Shown: positions 1 to 13,737, counted from the first letter of the stretch. The stretch is DNA of 64,000 nt from Lama glama (GCA_028534125.1 CM052818.1:21454001-21518000); one strand, 5' to 3'. Program-made: numbers and translations. Notes: generated by a model from the letters alone, not told the origin.

Positions 1-1459
1 CGCTCCGTGCATTTATGAAAGCCCCCCTGGAGAGAAAATGGTATTCAGGAGGCGTGTGTTACAGGTGCCAAAGCCACAACGCACATGTATTAAACGGCCC
101 TGGGAGTAGGCTAGTTAGGCAACAGAATTTATTTAGGAAGACACGCATCCTAGTGTTTCAAAACTGCCTTCATTCCGAATTCCTCCTCTTAGGAAGGAGG
201 ATGAGGAGGACCACTTCCTTTTCTAGCAGGAATTGCCATTAGCAAGTTCCAAAAGGTAAAACACCATTCGGCAAATTGACCTCGTGAATAAGGCAACATC
301 TTGGTGAGGCTCAGTCTAAACCCACTTTAAACAAACCCCTGACTGCCATTCTATCAGAAGGAAGATGTATGATATTCAGAGAGCTAAAAACCAAAACAAA
401 ACAAAACAGTGAGAGACTTGGCTGGGGATCTCAGCGGTGCAAAATGACCAGGGCCCTATCCTTCCTGTCTCCTGCCTCATCATTATTCATTGATATGAGG
501 GAAACATGAGGGTCTGCTCTCCAGAAATTTCTGCTGGTGCATGAGCTTGGGCAGCTCACTGCAACTAATGTGGAAATGTAGTGCGAGGCACGTCCTGGCT
601 GTAAACACAGTGGTCCTGCTCTGTCGGGGCCATCTACAAACGGCTCCAACCAACTTATACTATTGTCTATTGTCTTTAACACCTTTTTGTATTTTTAAAA
701 AAAAAAAGAATTTGATTTTATTTTCTTTCCCCAGTTTTCAAATAGTCATTAAAAATTAAACAACACTGGGGAAAGCCTTTTGTGATTATAGCCTTCATTC
801 TCCTGCAACAAACTGGATCTATAAATTCACGTACCATTGTAGATGTAAATTACAAAATTTATATTCAACTATATTAAAACATCTATTCCAAAAATGATTA
901 CCAGTTGTGAAAAGCAGACAGGCTTATCACTTGCTGTCAGTTGTTCATGTCTAGTTAAGCAATAATGTGCTAAAACTGCTCTTTTGTTTTGTGTAAGAAT
1001 TTTGGCAATAGAAGAAATGAACACTCGGTTAATAAAAACTCAGGCTGCTTTTTGCTTTGATGGAGGAAGCAGCTGCCTGTTTTCATTTGCTGCAGAGCAG
1101 CAAAACCCATCAATATAATAAGCAGCTTAGATGCATCCATCCACAGCATCTGTAAGGATATAGGGCTATTCGCTCAAAACCAATCCCTGGTTTAATTTTA
1201 ACAAAGATGTGTCTGACATATTTGAAAATGCACTATAATAGGTTGTGAAACATGAACAATTTCTCTTTCTTTTAAATACTTTTTTTTTTTGACGGATCTG
1301 AAAGGGTGGTATACATAGCTGAATGATAGCAATGATAAAAACCAGTCCAAACTGTGATGCTGTCCTAAAACAAGACCAAGGAAGAAAGCAAATCAAGGGG
1401 CAGTTATTTCATTCTCTTCAAAGTGAAAGTAATTCATTTAAATACGATTTCCTTCAATT

Positions 1460-1620
1460 ATTAATTCAAACAAATATTTACTGAATCCTTACTATATACT
1501 GAATTGGGCTAGATATGGAGGCTGCATTTCCTACTTTCAATGACTTCACTCTTCAGGGGAAAAGATGGTGACAAAAATATAAGGAAAACAATGCAGTAAG
1601 CACAGGGACATAGATATGCA
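1460..1620 (-). mobile_element. L2 LINE 3'-end fragment
   Basis: attaattcaaacaaatatttactgaatccttactata resembles the reverse complement of the L2 3' terminus; heavily diverged. Confidence 0.5.
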
Positions 1621-2304
1621 GTTTTCTATTACCTTTTTACTTTTCAAAAATTCAAATGAGTATAGGAAACTGTGGAAACTATTCAACATAAAAATTAAAA
1701 ATCAAATACTGTCTCCTCTATTATACAGTCACACACTTTGTTAGGTATACCCTTAAGAAAAGACAATCTGCTAAAAAAAATTGAATTATGTTTAAACACA
1801 TGTCAAACTGTTTACTGGTGTAGCCAAGAATTATCACACTTTGGAGAGAAAGTTTTAGGATTTTAAGTTTTGTTTGGACAGCCTCTAATTTTACAGTAAC
1901 CATTAGATACTTTCACACGATCATGAATACACCATGTGGCAAGTCTAATAGAAAACACAAACTTGAAAGCAACTCACAGTGTGATGCTGTATGCTCTGGC
2001 TAGTAAACATGCTAAGTGATTCTTCTATAATTTTAGTGTCAGGTGGCATTCCAAAAAGTCAGATAATTCTAAAACCCTCCTCTTTTTCTGATTCAATATC
2101 AGATAAGTGAGCATCTCAGTATCATCAACTAGAGACCTATCTGATGGTTTACATGAATGTAGGTTGGCCCTCAGCTTCTTAGATGTCAAATTTAAATGAG
2201 CACTCATTTGCAAAAACACTGAGAAGATGCTCCCATAAATGTAGAGCGAAGGGCTTTCTTGTTCAAACATGCTCACTATAAAACACACATACCTGGGTTT
2301 TAAA

Positions 2305-2482
2305 AATCAACTTTTAATTTTGGAATAATTCTAGATTTACAGAAAAGAAAAGAGTTGCAAAGATAATTCAGAGTTGCTGGATACCCTTCATCCAGTGTCT
2401 CTTCTTGTCAACATCTTACATTATCAAAACTAAGAAACTGATGTTGGTACATTAATATTAACTAAATTCATGACTTTATTTT
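2305..2482 (-). mobile_element. Old L1 (L1MB/L1MC-type) 3' UTR fragment
   Basis: tttggaataattctagatttacagaaaag...gttgcaaagata...atacccttcatccag...aaaactaagaaactgatgttggtac matches recalled antisense old-L1 3' UTR. Confidence 0.7.
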
Positions 2483-3119
2483 TAATGGAATGGTTACTAT
2501 TCAAGATGGGGGGTGATGAAGGTTTCTGTCAGGAAGTCACAAATTAAACCAAAAGGACAATACTAGCATCTGTCCTAGCTTTCCTTCCTTAATTCTCTTC
2601 CTTCTTCTTAAGTTACTGTAAAGAAATTCATACCAGATTTAAGAGCTAAAATAGGACATACAATGCATATACCTCAGGGTTTAAAATAAAATCTGACCCC
2701 ATCAAGAGAATTGTGTAGCCAAGTGAGGCCTTGGCTCCCCATTCCTTTGTTGAATGGGCAGAATATTATTTCTAGGTCATTATTCACATAGAAATTCTGA
2801 TTGCCCCTATTCAATTAATACTTTCATATCACAGTGTGATATGGACCTTATAACCAATCTGTGGCAGCATGAATTGTGAACCACAAAGAAGTCAGAGGTC
2901 ATTTTCACCCATTCAGAGTGTTTATAAAGCATTCACTGTGCACCCTCTCCTCTCTGTGCCTGCTTTCTCCCCTCCTCTGCTCCACTGCTTAATGGCTGGG
3001 CACAATGCTTCCAGAATCCTGCTAAGAATCATGGGCTCTGTACTGGTTAATAGTGGTTTCTTCAAGAGCAAGTTGGAAAGACACTTTTAGAGAGATTCTT
3101 TCTAGTTACAATTGGCGGT

Positions 3120-3483
3120 TGCCATGGACTGAGTTGTGTTCACCCCAAATTCATATGTTGAAACCCTAAATTCCAGTGTGACTATATTTGGAGATTGAGC
3201 CTCAAGGAGATAATCAAGGTTATACAATGTTGTCCTAAGGGTGGGGCCTTGATATGATAGGATTAGCAACCTTATAAGAAGAGACTGCGCCTCCCCACCC
3301 TGTGCTTGCACAAAGAGGAGGTCATGTGAGCACATGGTGACCTGGTGGCCTCCTACAAGCCACAAAGAGAAGCCTCAGCAGAAACTGATGATGCTGACAT
3401 TCTGATCTTGGACCTCCAGCCTACAGAGCTGTGAGACGCCACCTAGTCTTTGGCATTTTGTTATGGCAGCACAAGCTAAGACA
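3120..3483 (+). mobile_element. MLT1A-type MaLR solo LTR
   Basis: TG...CA termini (tgccatggactgagttgtg...gctaagaca); typical MLT1 body (ccccaaattcatatgttgaaaccctaa, ctgatcttggacctccagcct); 5-bp TSD gcggt (3115-3119)/gtggt (3484-3488); the AATAAA segment appears deleted. Confidence 0.9.
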
Positions 3484-6400
3484 GTGGTCAACCTTTGGTG
3501 CCTGATGTTTGGGTGAACACTCCCTCTCAAGCCCCAGAACATTCTAAGCTGAAAGGATTCCCTCCTTAAAATGTAGACAGGGCCCATAGAGCACAGCCAT
3601 GGCCCCAGTGGAGCCCCTCACTCTGTCCATTACTTTCTTCCCTCCCTTCCCTTCAGTTTACCCATCTGCTCTTATCTCCTACTCTTTAATTTTCACTGCA
3701 GTTTTAGTCCCCCTTTTCCACTTAAAAGAATTCATACTAGAAAAGCAAATATTAATCATACTCTGATGAAGAAATTTTGCTGATCCTACCTTCAAGGTTT
3801 CATAAAAATACTTTGATCTGTTTCTTTATGGTGTCTTTGAACATAAACTCCTTGAGGACAGGGAGCTCACTACTTCTCTCACTTCGCTGTGGCATGTTTA
3901 CATGGTGTATGTGAAGGCAGGCTGAATCCATGTAGAACAGTAGCAAAATGTTCTAAACGTGGAACTCACAACAATGAAAAATGAGTCCCTCTTCTCTTAC
4001 CAGATCTATTTGCTGAGCTTTATATGCTGTATCTACTCAAGACCTGATTCTACCTGGTAATGCAATCACGGGTCAATTCTTGTGCGGATAAGTTTCTAAT
4101 TGCACTCAATCCACTTTCACTGGCTTTCTTATCTATATCCACCATCTGCAGAGCTGGCAGGACAATTATCACCAGAAGACAGGAGAGATGCTCCGGGGAG
4201 TAAGGCTGGGCCTGAGAGGGGCATGCTTACAAGTTTCTAGGCAGCAACAAAGAATCCACATTCAATAGGCCATCTTTTTCTAAATCAATCCTTTTGCCTT
4301 GTTCAACAGAGCATGTGTCTTGGGTGCTCATATCTGGGGCTTATCTGTGGATATCTATAAACGTGCGGGTCTCTAATCACAGTAGCTTGGAATGAGTCCC
4401 AGAATGGGCCCTTTAAGTGACTTGAGATACAGAAAGTGATTTTCTGAGTTGCCTTTTTTGGGGGGGGGGCTTCTCTTTGCTATGATAAAATCTGTAACCT
4501 TAACCCATATAGCAAGGCGTTTTCTCTGAGAATCACAACTCCTTGTGGAGGGCCTTAAAAATATACTATTTAAACCGAACTATTGCTCTGAACTTGACAT
4601 CACAATTATCTTTCTGTTGAGAAAAATACAGAAATTCTAGAGCTGTTATATTGTTACCAGCCCGTTCACACCAGGACACACGAGTGTTCTTAAGTTGAGA
4701 TCAAAGTGCACGGGCTGAGTTGTTGAGAGCGGAGAAGTCATCATGGTCTCTATGGACTCATGCTGGACTTCTCAGGACAGAAAACAGATTTCCTTCTCTC
4801 TCCAGCAGCAGAGTTCATGTTATCGTGAACTCCATTATTCCTCCTTCTTGGCCCCACCCTCAACAAATGATTGAAAAAATGGCTTCAAGCCCAGAGTGTT
4901 GTGTGTAGTCTGGAATATATTTTTCATCCATTTATGCTGCCCAAAGAGATTTTGGCTGAGCAAATACTAGAGTAAAAGTCTAAATTCATTCCATAATTGA
5001 CACAAAAAACAATAGCCTTTTGGAAGAATATAAAATAGTATTCACATATGATGAGAATAATCAGCTACTATTTTTTATGGGTGCTTTAGAGAAATCTCAA
5101 TTTATGAAATAAGGCCTTTAGGTAAACACCTTCTTTAGAATTAAAGGGCTTATGTAACTAGTTAGTGGCTGAGCTTGGGTTAGAACCTCGGTTCCCTAAT
5201 ACCTCACCTTGCTTCTCTTTTCAGAGTAAGAGACTTGAATGATAGTGCAGGAAAGACATCATGATTTGAATTTGCATCCTGTGGAAAGATTTTACCTTTC
5301 AGGTGGAAATCAGTGCCTGAAGAAATAAATCATACTCATTCCAATTTTAACATAGTCTCAGACTCTTAGCTATCAATTTTAAGTCCTTTAGGTTTCTATT
5401 TCTAAATAAATAGTTTTACAGAAACACTTACTATCTCCAAGCCATGGCCTGGAAGAGACTATAGACATATTGAGCTGCAGCTCTTCTAATATCAGAACCT
5501 CTGAACTGAGGCCAGGAAGCAATGTGCAATCTTTGAAAACAGTGACCCCTTTCCCCAGAATGACAATGATTATGTGCCTTGCTTTATAAAATTGAGCTTC
5601 TGTTTGTTTTCAGGAAATTTATCATCTAATTGGTCACTATTCTTACCTATTCGAATGTCTCCATGTAATTTGGCTTGCAACTAAGAGTTTATAGCAGATT
5701 CCAACAATTCTTTTGATTACCAGCATTCCAATCATAATAAAAGAGTCATTTTATTTTATTTTGTTGGGTCTAGGGAGGGGAAATCATGTAATATATACAA
5801 TTTTCACACACAACATGGCGTTAAGAAATGTAATTTTCTGTGTATTCTCTTCTAAGGATATTTTGAACGTTTCTGGATTGTCTCTGTACTCAGGAACGGG
5901 ATTGAAATCCCCACTTTGGTATTTATCTGAGCTGTGATAGCTCAGTCATCTGCCGCCAAATGCCAAGATAGGGGGAATCTCATCATCCAGAGACCAGCTG
6001 CATGATGGGCAGTTAATAGATATATCAAACCTTAGGATATATGCTAAGCTGAAGAGATGATTGGTTGGTTGATACACTGATTGATTAGCATAGGGAGAAT
6101 GGGTTTCTTCTTGACAACCTAAGATTATGCTTCAGCTAAGCTCAAATTGCTTACACCTCTTCTATTGGGTTTAAAATTACAGTCCTGTCATCTAAAATCT
6201 CTCTTCAATGAAATTTTTACCATATATAAAAATTAAAGGGAAAAAGAAAGTAGGAGCACAGGATAAGAGTAAATGGAGTAGATACATTTCATGCTACTGT
6301 TGTTGATTCCACTAGGAAAAGTTGATATGTAAATCCCCTTGAAAAATGTTACACACATTTCATAAATGATTACTGAATATTATACAGTAATTCCGGGGAA

Positions 6401-9400
6401 AAAGTTCAGTATGTTAAAGTCAGTGAATACTATATTTTCAAATACATTACAGTCAGATCTCTCCTATAGAAATATGAGCATTAAAGTAAAACCCTTTATT
6501 AATCAGGTTTACTTTCCGGGGCACATAGATGCCATCCTTGGACTTTCAATATTTTAACTGCTGGCATGCCTTTCAGGGGGCAGAGGGAGAGAAAGGGCAG
6601 ATTTATGGAGACTGCGGATTAGCTTTGTTTTTGAAGCAGCTTAACGCAAGTAGCAACTTCTTTAATTAGCACTAATGATCCTAAAGATAGTCACATGTAC
6701 ATCTTGAAATATTTAATTTATTGTGCCTGTTTCTCACGCGTGTGGAATCAGGTATGCCTTAAAATAAAACACAATTAGATGAATGAAGGAGGTACAACCC
6801 TGATCTATCACACTCTAAACTGATATTTAAGTGGTTTTGAATAAAAAGCATGAAGACTTTGTACAAAAGGCCCACATCTAGAGCTCTACCAATGTCTGAT
6901 AGTCTTAGTTAACAATAAATTCATTAAACATAAGCTTGGTTTATGATGTCCTGTTTAAAGATTCAATCGCATTGTACTCCGAATTGTCGGAGACTGGCTA
7001 AAGAAAGGGACTTGCTCTCTCTCCTTCCTTCCCATCCCCTCCCCCTCCACAAAAAAAAAAAAAAAAAAAAGCTGGTAAGCTTTAATTCAACACTTTGAAG
7101 AACACCCCCTCCTCTCCCTGAGCAAATAAGGATTTGGTTGCCGAACCACACTGGGTAAGTGGTTCATTGAGAATGTTAAAATCTGCATTAATAAATAGGA
7201 CTGGGCTTCTCGGATTTTCCCCCTTCCTATCAGCTATGAGCGGTAGGGGATCAGCTGCGACTAAAATCCCCAGCTGAACAACCCACATACAACTCAGTGA
7301 GCAGACTTAAAACAAGGCCATTTATTGGTGACTGTTATGCAAACAAAGCGTCCAAGTCTTAGAAACAGATGTCAACTGAAGCATATGCTTACTGTAAACT
7401 GGAATTTGATTCTCTTTATAGAAATAGACATAAATGGGCCTTCAGAAAGTAGACGGCCTCTTGTTGTCTACCATTGCCTAACTTGATTCAGCCTAAAGCT
7501 TTTACAGAGATGAATAGACTGATATGTGAGGGCCAAAGAATAAAACTTAAAAAAAAATTAAATTGGAAATAAATGATAACATGTTGGAGCAGTTCCCAGA
7601 AGCAATTTTACAGATTTTTTTTTTCTCTAAAAACACAAGACAGGAAGTTAAAAGCTTAGTGCAGGTCACCCATGGCATGTCGAGTTATCATTCTCTACCA
7701 CTTAGGGTGGAAAAGAAACGGCACATTCGGGTGGCCAGTTTAGTAGCACATACTTTTCCCCCTCCTCTCTCTTTCTTTCTCTCTCCCTTACCTCTTCTCA
7801 CATCTTGATGTCTTTTAAATGTCACTTATTTTACATGAGGCAGTTGGTGGAGACATGAGTCAACAGCAATCAGAACCATTATCCCCTGCAGCGAGTCCTG
7901 GTCTTAATGCATTGTGACACCTTTGCTGGCCAGCCACCGATTTACCTTTCTGCTTCTTAGGGAATTAAGTGGCATCATGTGAAAATGGTTGTGATATGAA
8001 CAGCATGGGCATAACTGGTATTAAATTTACCTCTCAGCCTAAGTGAATTTTCCTCACATGTGACTAATCAAAATGAAAGCTCGTGGACCCAGGCTGAGCT
8101 GGCCAGCACTTCCCCACCCCTGGGACCAGGGCTATTTTGTTTTATCTCTTTGTACAAGCTGGCAGAAGTTTAAAGTGAAGGGGATAATCCAGTGCTGGTG
8201 TCTTTATGAAATAACATCCTTACGTGAAGAGGCTTTTAACTGTCTGTCGCTGTCCTCTCAAAAAAAGAGTGTGACAATCTCATTTTGCTGAGCACCCTCC
8301 CATGAAAAGAGAAAATAATAGCCGTGGCCGCCGTGGCTAGTACTGACCTTACATGATCCATTATCCACTAAACACTTTAAAAGTCAGTTTTACATACACG
8401 GCAGGGGGAAATGAGGGAACTACCACAATCATTTTCACTTTAGAGAATTTGCCATCCATTTGAAGTCAGTCACTTGATATCCCAACACATCCCAGCCAGT
8501 CTCACGGTATCACGCAAAAGAAAACACAACGGATTAAAAGATGCCAAGCGCAGACACCCTGGCACCCTGCTATTTAAGACACTTCCTAGGAGCGATGGCA
8601 GCAGTGGAATGGCTTTGCGTGAACTTTCCTCCAACTTAAACCCAAGGAAAAGAACAATCAAAAACTAAGCCCTTCAGATTTTTTTTTTAAAGTGCTTGAG
8701 GTTCCTACAAAAATGTTTTATTAACCACTTAGCAGAGATCAGTAGGTGCCAAAGCAAGTGAAGGCAGAGCAATTATCATCCTGCACAGTCAGCCTGATGC
8801 TTATTCACCGACAAGAGTGGCTTGCCTTCCGCCATGAACCAACTGTGCATGTTGCTGATAATAGAGGAGGTATTGCTAAATTGGTACTGAAATAGCACAC
8901 TTCGTTTACTTCCAGCAACTTATTTGTGGAAGGCTATGAAGGCTGGAATATTTTCTCATCACTACAAGAACATACTCAACTCATTGTTAACATTAAAATT
9001 AGTTTTCTGACATGGTACACGCTCTGCATTTACTTTTCCTTAAATAGGAACTTCCGTGCCCAGAGTAAAACCCTAATGGCATTTCTTTCCCCTTGTGGAT
9101 AATGCATTGCTTCATTAATAAACCATCTAGAAGCCTGACTGGTAATCAGACTCTTGGCCACTTTACAGTTCTTCACTCTGAAGTTCAAAGTCTGTTTCCC
9201 TTCATTTTGGTAATACGTTTATTCTTGAACCCTCTGTTCTGAGGCAAGTACATGGAGTGGAAGAAAAAAATGAGGGGGAGAGATGGCTGAGAGTGGGGCA
9301 GCAGTACAATATCCAATAGAGTAACTGCCAAAACTTGAGCCATATTTATAAGATTTAATTTTACTATTTTAGGAAGCTGGGGCAGAGAAAAAAGAGAATA

Positions 9401-11194
9401 GCCAAAGAAACGATTACAACATCCTAAAAGAGTTTATTCACCCACTCACCCCACCAAAACCTTGAGTTTGAATTTTTGAATTTAAACTTTCATTCTGAAC
9501 TCCATGACCCAACTCTAATAAACCACCTTGGAGGAAATCATAATGGTTTATTCAAAAGAATCTGAGGAATCCGATTCATAAAGGAATGGGAGGAGGATTC
9601 TGTTAAGGTTCTATTGGGACCAAACTAACTTAAACCCCAATCAGTCACTGGATTCCTGGAGCTCTTCAACTCTATATGGAGACCAGAGAATAAAAATTCT
9701 CCAGAAAAACGAGAGTTAAAAAAGACCTGGGGGCAAGATAGTTATGGGCAAATAAGAGTAAGTAGCAAGCTCTGCCTAAAACATGAACAGAGACTACCAG
9801 AGAAGGCCATTCTTAGAGCTTATTAAGAGAAAGGCTGAGGAGAGATGGGAAGGGGGCCTATCAGAAGAAAAACTCAGAAGACAGTATACAAGCATTCACA
9901 TTTACTCATAAGAGAAAGAGAAAACACAATACATCAGCAAGTAGCAAGTGAACTGCTAAGTTACCCACTCAGCAGCGCTGTCTGCTTTTGCTGAGTAAAA
10001 CCTGCTGTGCAAAAGAAAAATAAGAACACCCGAGCAATCAGTCTTTAGAAGTTGATTACATACTTTAGGAATAAGACAGAAGTAATGAATCCAACCTAAG
10101 TGTTTGGATAGATTGACCATCTTAGACATGCCTGAACCATTAGCTTTAAACTGGAGTGTGGTACCAAAGGTGGTCACGCTGTTGGCTGATAAGTGAGCAG
10201 CCATCTCAAAGAATGCTCAGTTGAATTTAGAGAATTATATACACGGCTATGTCTGGATGTCTAGTAGAACATGGGGTACGAACTCACCCTAGTCTTCACT
10301 ACCTCCTTCGCCACCATTCCAAAACATTAAAGGAAAAGCCCAATCTGAAGTGCTGCATCACAAGTCTAATTTTTTCAAGCTTCATTGTTATTAAAAATTT
10401 TCTCCAACCTACTCATAAAGATTGTTTGGAGGTTTTGTTTTCTGAGACCCAGCAACCGAGCAAGGTAAGGAACAAAAATTAGGTCAGGATCCATACGTGG
10501 AATTTCACATCAATGCAGCTAGACGTGGCCTGGCTACACTGGACAGCTCCCTGGAGTGCAGATTGCTGATGAGGAAGTTGGGATTCAATTCACCCACATT
10601 TCCTTACTCCATGAACTGAAGACAATGTTCTACCTAGCTGTCCCTTCTGCTGAAAATGCACAATTTGGTCTGTTTTCTTACTAAATTGTACTTTGGCGTG
10701 TGTATGTAGAATATTTGCTGACTCCATTTATCCCAGTTAACTCTCTTAGTATACTCAAAGTTATGAATAAATTCATGCCACCTCTTCATTAATCCCTCCA
10801 ACTGCTCTTAATCATAGAAATCTCACTTCACTGACTTCATAGCAGTCCTTTTAAAAATGAGACCAAGTTCAATAAATCTTGCAGATTTGAGTTGTTCTAT
10901 ACAAGACAATTTTGATGAGGCAGTTTAACAGATGGAAATTCTCTTCAAGATAGTTTTAAGAATTCTAAATGTCAAATCAAGTCTCAAACACAAATATGAA
11001 GGGTCAACCCTGAACACAATCACTGTCCTCTGATTGGTATCAGAATCAAGGGTACTATAAAATAACACATAATGCTACAATAAAGTGGTTTGTTTTCTGC
11101 AAGTGACTAAATACTGAAAAGAAAACTCCTTATGAGGGAAGAAGGCTAGTGAACTAGAAATAGGAAGATTGAATTTAAAAAGAGAAGAAAGAAC

Positions 11195-11402
11195 TACCAC
11201 TTAGCATCTACTAAGCTGGATACTGGGCTGGGCTATTTATAAATATTATTATGTTTATTGATCAAAATGCCTTGCACATTGGGTTTTCTCGCACAAATCA
11301 GTAAATTGAGGCTCTGTGAGGTCAAGTTCCTAGCACAACACCCTACCTTCCCTCCAAGCCAGTGAGTGGCCATGCTGGGGTTTGAACCCAACCCAAGCTC
11401 TT
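11195..11402 (-). mobile_element. MIR SINE (degenerate)
   Basis: aaattgaggctctgtgaggtcaagt and agtgagtggccatgctggggtttgaaccca resemble the antisense MIR core. Confidence 0.55.
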
Positions 11403-11489
11403 AGATCCACCTGACCGTAGGACCTCCCACTTCTACAGGGACAGTAGGGCAGAAATGGGTATGAATAGGATTAGGAAAGCACAATTGAT

Positions 11490-11860
11490 AGGAGTTTATG
11501 ACCCTGAATTTGGGGGATGGGGGAGAAGGGAGCTCATGGATAACTCAGAGATTTAGGTTCAGGTGACGGGAATTTGTGGTGTCATTAACAGCAATGGGGT
11601 GTCAGAATGAAGGCCTATTTTGAGGATCAAATGATGATGGGCTTGTTTTGTGCATGGTGAGTCAAAGTCATCAGAGGGATATTCTGGTGCATCTACTGGA
11701 AATATGGAACTAGACTCAGTGCCAAGGTTAAATTTAGAATATACATTTGAGAACCATAAGGAGATTATAATATAAGATATGGGATAAGATCAGCAAAGAG
11801 AGGAGAGGGAGAGAGAGAAGAAATAAAACTAAAGAAAGAATTTAGAAGAATGCTTCCATA
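11490..11860 (-). mobile_element. L2 LINE internal fragment
   Basis: Purine-rich antisense L2-like sequence (ggtgtcattaac..., gttttgtgcatggtgagt..., tggaaatatggaactagactcag); appears to resume at about 13760. Confidence 0.55.
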
Positions 11861-11867
11861 GGGAAAA

Positions 11868-11962
11868 GCTATGTGATCTCAATAAGTTATTTTACTCATC
11901 TGAGCCACATTTACAGCATTTACATTACCCCTGAGTTTCACCATTTACAAAATGGGGATAAT
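11868..11962 (+). mobile_element. MIR SINE, 5' part (split by L1MB insertion)
   Basis: gctatgtgatctc aataagtta...ctgagtttcaccatttacaaaatggggataat is the MIR core; the element resumes at about 13622. Confidence 0.65.
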
Positions 11963-12041
11963 CAATGGATGAATGGATAAACAAACTGTGATATATACCT
12001 ACAATGGAATATTATTCACCCTAAAAAAGGAAGGAAATTCT

Positions 12042-13233
12042 TTTTTTCAATCTTTCTCTTTTTTTNNNNNNNNNNNNNNNNNNNNNNNNNNNNNNNNNNN
12101 NNNNNNNNNNNNNNNNNNNNNNNNNNNNNNNNNNNNNNNNNNNNNNNNNNNNNNNNNNNNNNNNNNNNNNNNNNNNNNNNNNNNNNNNNNNNNNNNNNNN
12201 NNNNNNNNNNNNNNNNNNNNNNNNNNNNNNNNNNNNNNNNNNNNNNNNNNNNNNNNNNNNNNNNNNNNNNNNNNNNNNNNNNNNNNNNNNNNNNNNNNNN
12301 NNNNNNNNNNNNNNNNNNNNNNNNNNNNNNNNNNNNNNNNNNNNNNNNNNNNNNNNNNNNNNNNNNNNNNNNNNNNNNNNNNNNNNNNNNNNNNNNNNNN
12401 NNNNNNNNNNNNNNNNNNNNNNNNNNNNNNNNNNNNNNNNNNNNNNNNNNNNNNNNNNNNNNNNNNNNNNNNNNNNNNNNNNNNNNNNNNNNNNNNNNNN
12501 NNNNNNNNNNNNNNNNNNNNNNNNNNNNNNNNNNNNNNNNNNNNNNNNNNNNNNNNNNNNNNNNNTTTCTCCACAGCCTCTCCAGCATTTGTCATTTGTG
12601 GACATTTGAATGATGGCCATTCTGACTGGTGTGAGGTGATACCTCATTGTAGTTTTGATTTGCATTTCTCTGATAATTGTGATATTGAGCCTTATTTCAT
12701 GTGCCTATCGATCATTTGTATGTCTTCCTTGGAGAATTGCTTGTTTAGGTCTTCTGTCCATTTTTGGATTGGGTTATTTATTTTTTTCTTATTAAGTCGT
12801 ATGAGCTGCTTATATATTCTGGAGATCAAGCCTTTGTCGGTTTCATTTGCAAAAATTTTCTCCCATTCCGTAGGTTGTCTTTTTGTTTTACTTATGGTTT
12901 CCTTTGCTGTGCAGAAGCTTGTAAGTTTCATTAGGTCCATTTGTTTATTCTTGCTTTTATTTCTATTGCTTGAGTAGACTGTTCTAGAAGAACATTTTTG
13001 AGATGTATGTCAGATAATGTTTTGCCTATATTTTCTTCTAAGAGGTTTATTGTATCTTGTCTTATGTTTAAGTCTTTGATCCATTTTGAGTTTATTTTTG
13101 TATATGGTGTAAGGGAGTGTTCTAGCTTCACTGCTTTACATGCTGCTGTCCAGTTTTCCCAACACCATTTGCTGAAGAGATTGTCTTTATTCCATTATAT
13201 GTTCTTGCCTCCTTTGTTGAAGATTAGTTGATC
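12042..13233 (-). mobile_element. Young 5'-truncated LINE-1 (ORF2 C-terminus, 3' UTR in gap, poly-A tail)
   Basis: ORF track gives L1 ORF2 peptides ([66 protein letters not shown]) with frameshifts; T-rich tail at 12042-12065; 15-bp TSD aaggaaggaaattct (12027-12041)/aaggaaagaaattct (13234-13248). Confidence 0.95.
12066..12565. other. Assembly gap (500 N)
   Basis: Run of exactly 500 N. Confidence 1.
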
Positions 13234-13621
13234 AAGGAAAGAAATTCTAATACATGCTATGATATGGATGAACCTTGGAGACATTATGCTAAATGAAATA
13301 AACTAGTCACAAAAAGACAAATTCTGTATGATTCGACTTACATAAAGTACCCAGAGTGGATACAGAGAGATAGATACAAAAAGTAGAAGTGTGGCTGCCA
13401 AGGGCTGGGGCAATGGGGTAACAGGGAGTTATTGCTTAGTGAATAGTTTCAGTTTTGCAAGAGGAAAAGTGTTCTGGAGATGGGTAGTGGTGATGGTTGC
13501 ACAACAATGTGAATGTACTTAATGCCAGTGAACTGGACACTTAAAATGATTATCATGATAAATTTCATATTATGTGTATATTGCCACAATTATAAATAAA
13601 TCAGTAAATAAATAACATTTT

Positions 13622-13737
13622 AAAGGGAGTAATTATATTCATATCCTAGGGTTGATGTGAGGACAAAAGGAGATAATATTTGAAAATATGGCACAACACT
13701 TGTCACACAATTTGTTTTAAATGTCAATAAATACTAG
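13622..13737 (+). mobile_element. MIR SINE, 3' part
   Basis: cctagggttgatgtgaggacaaaaggagataatatttgaaa...tcaataaatactag continues the MIR interrupted at 11962. Confidence 0.6.

Larger units (their letters stand above)
11963..13615 (+). mobile_element. L1MB-type 3' end, split by a younger antisense L1 at 12042-13233
   Basis: gatgaatggataaacaaactgtg...aatggaatattattca...aaggaaattct resumes as aatacatgctatgatatggatgaaccttggagacattatgctaaatgaaata...gtgatggttgcacaacaatgtgaatgtacttaatgcc; ends in an A-rich tail. Confidence 0.85.

Noticed and set aside
15..759. Short ORFs at the window start
   Set aside because: No recognisable domains or coherent splice structure
4001..4145. Possible minus-strand coding exon (MVDIDKKASESGLSAIRNLSAQELTRDCITR) with a GTAAGAG donor
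   Set aside because: In-frame stop before the strong donor, weak acceptor and no recognisable protein
10530..10600. Possible ancient tRNA-derived SINE head
   Set aside because: Similarity too weak to support by eye
11973..12977. Long ORFs of 182-334 aa
   Set aside because: Their length comes from the 500-N gap; the real residues are L1 sense or antisense sequence
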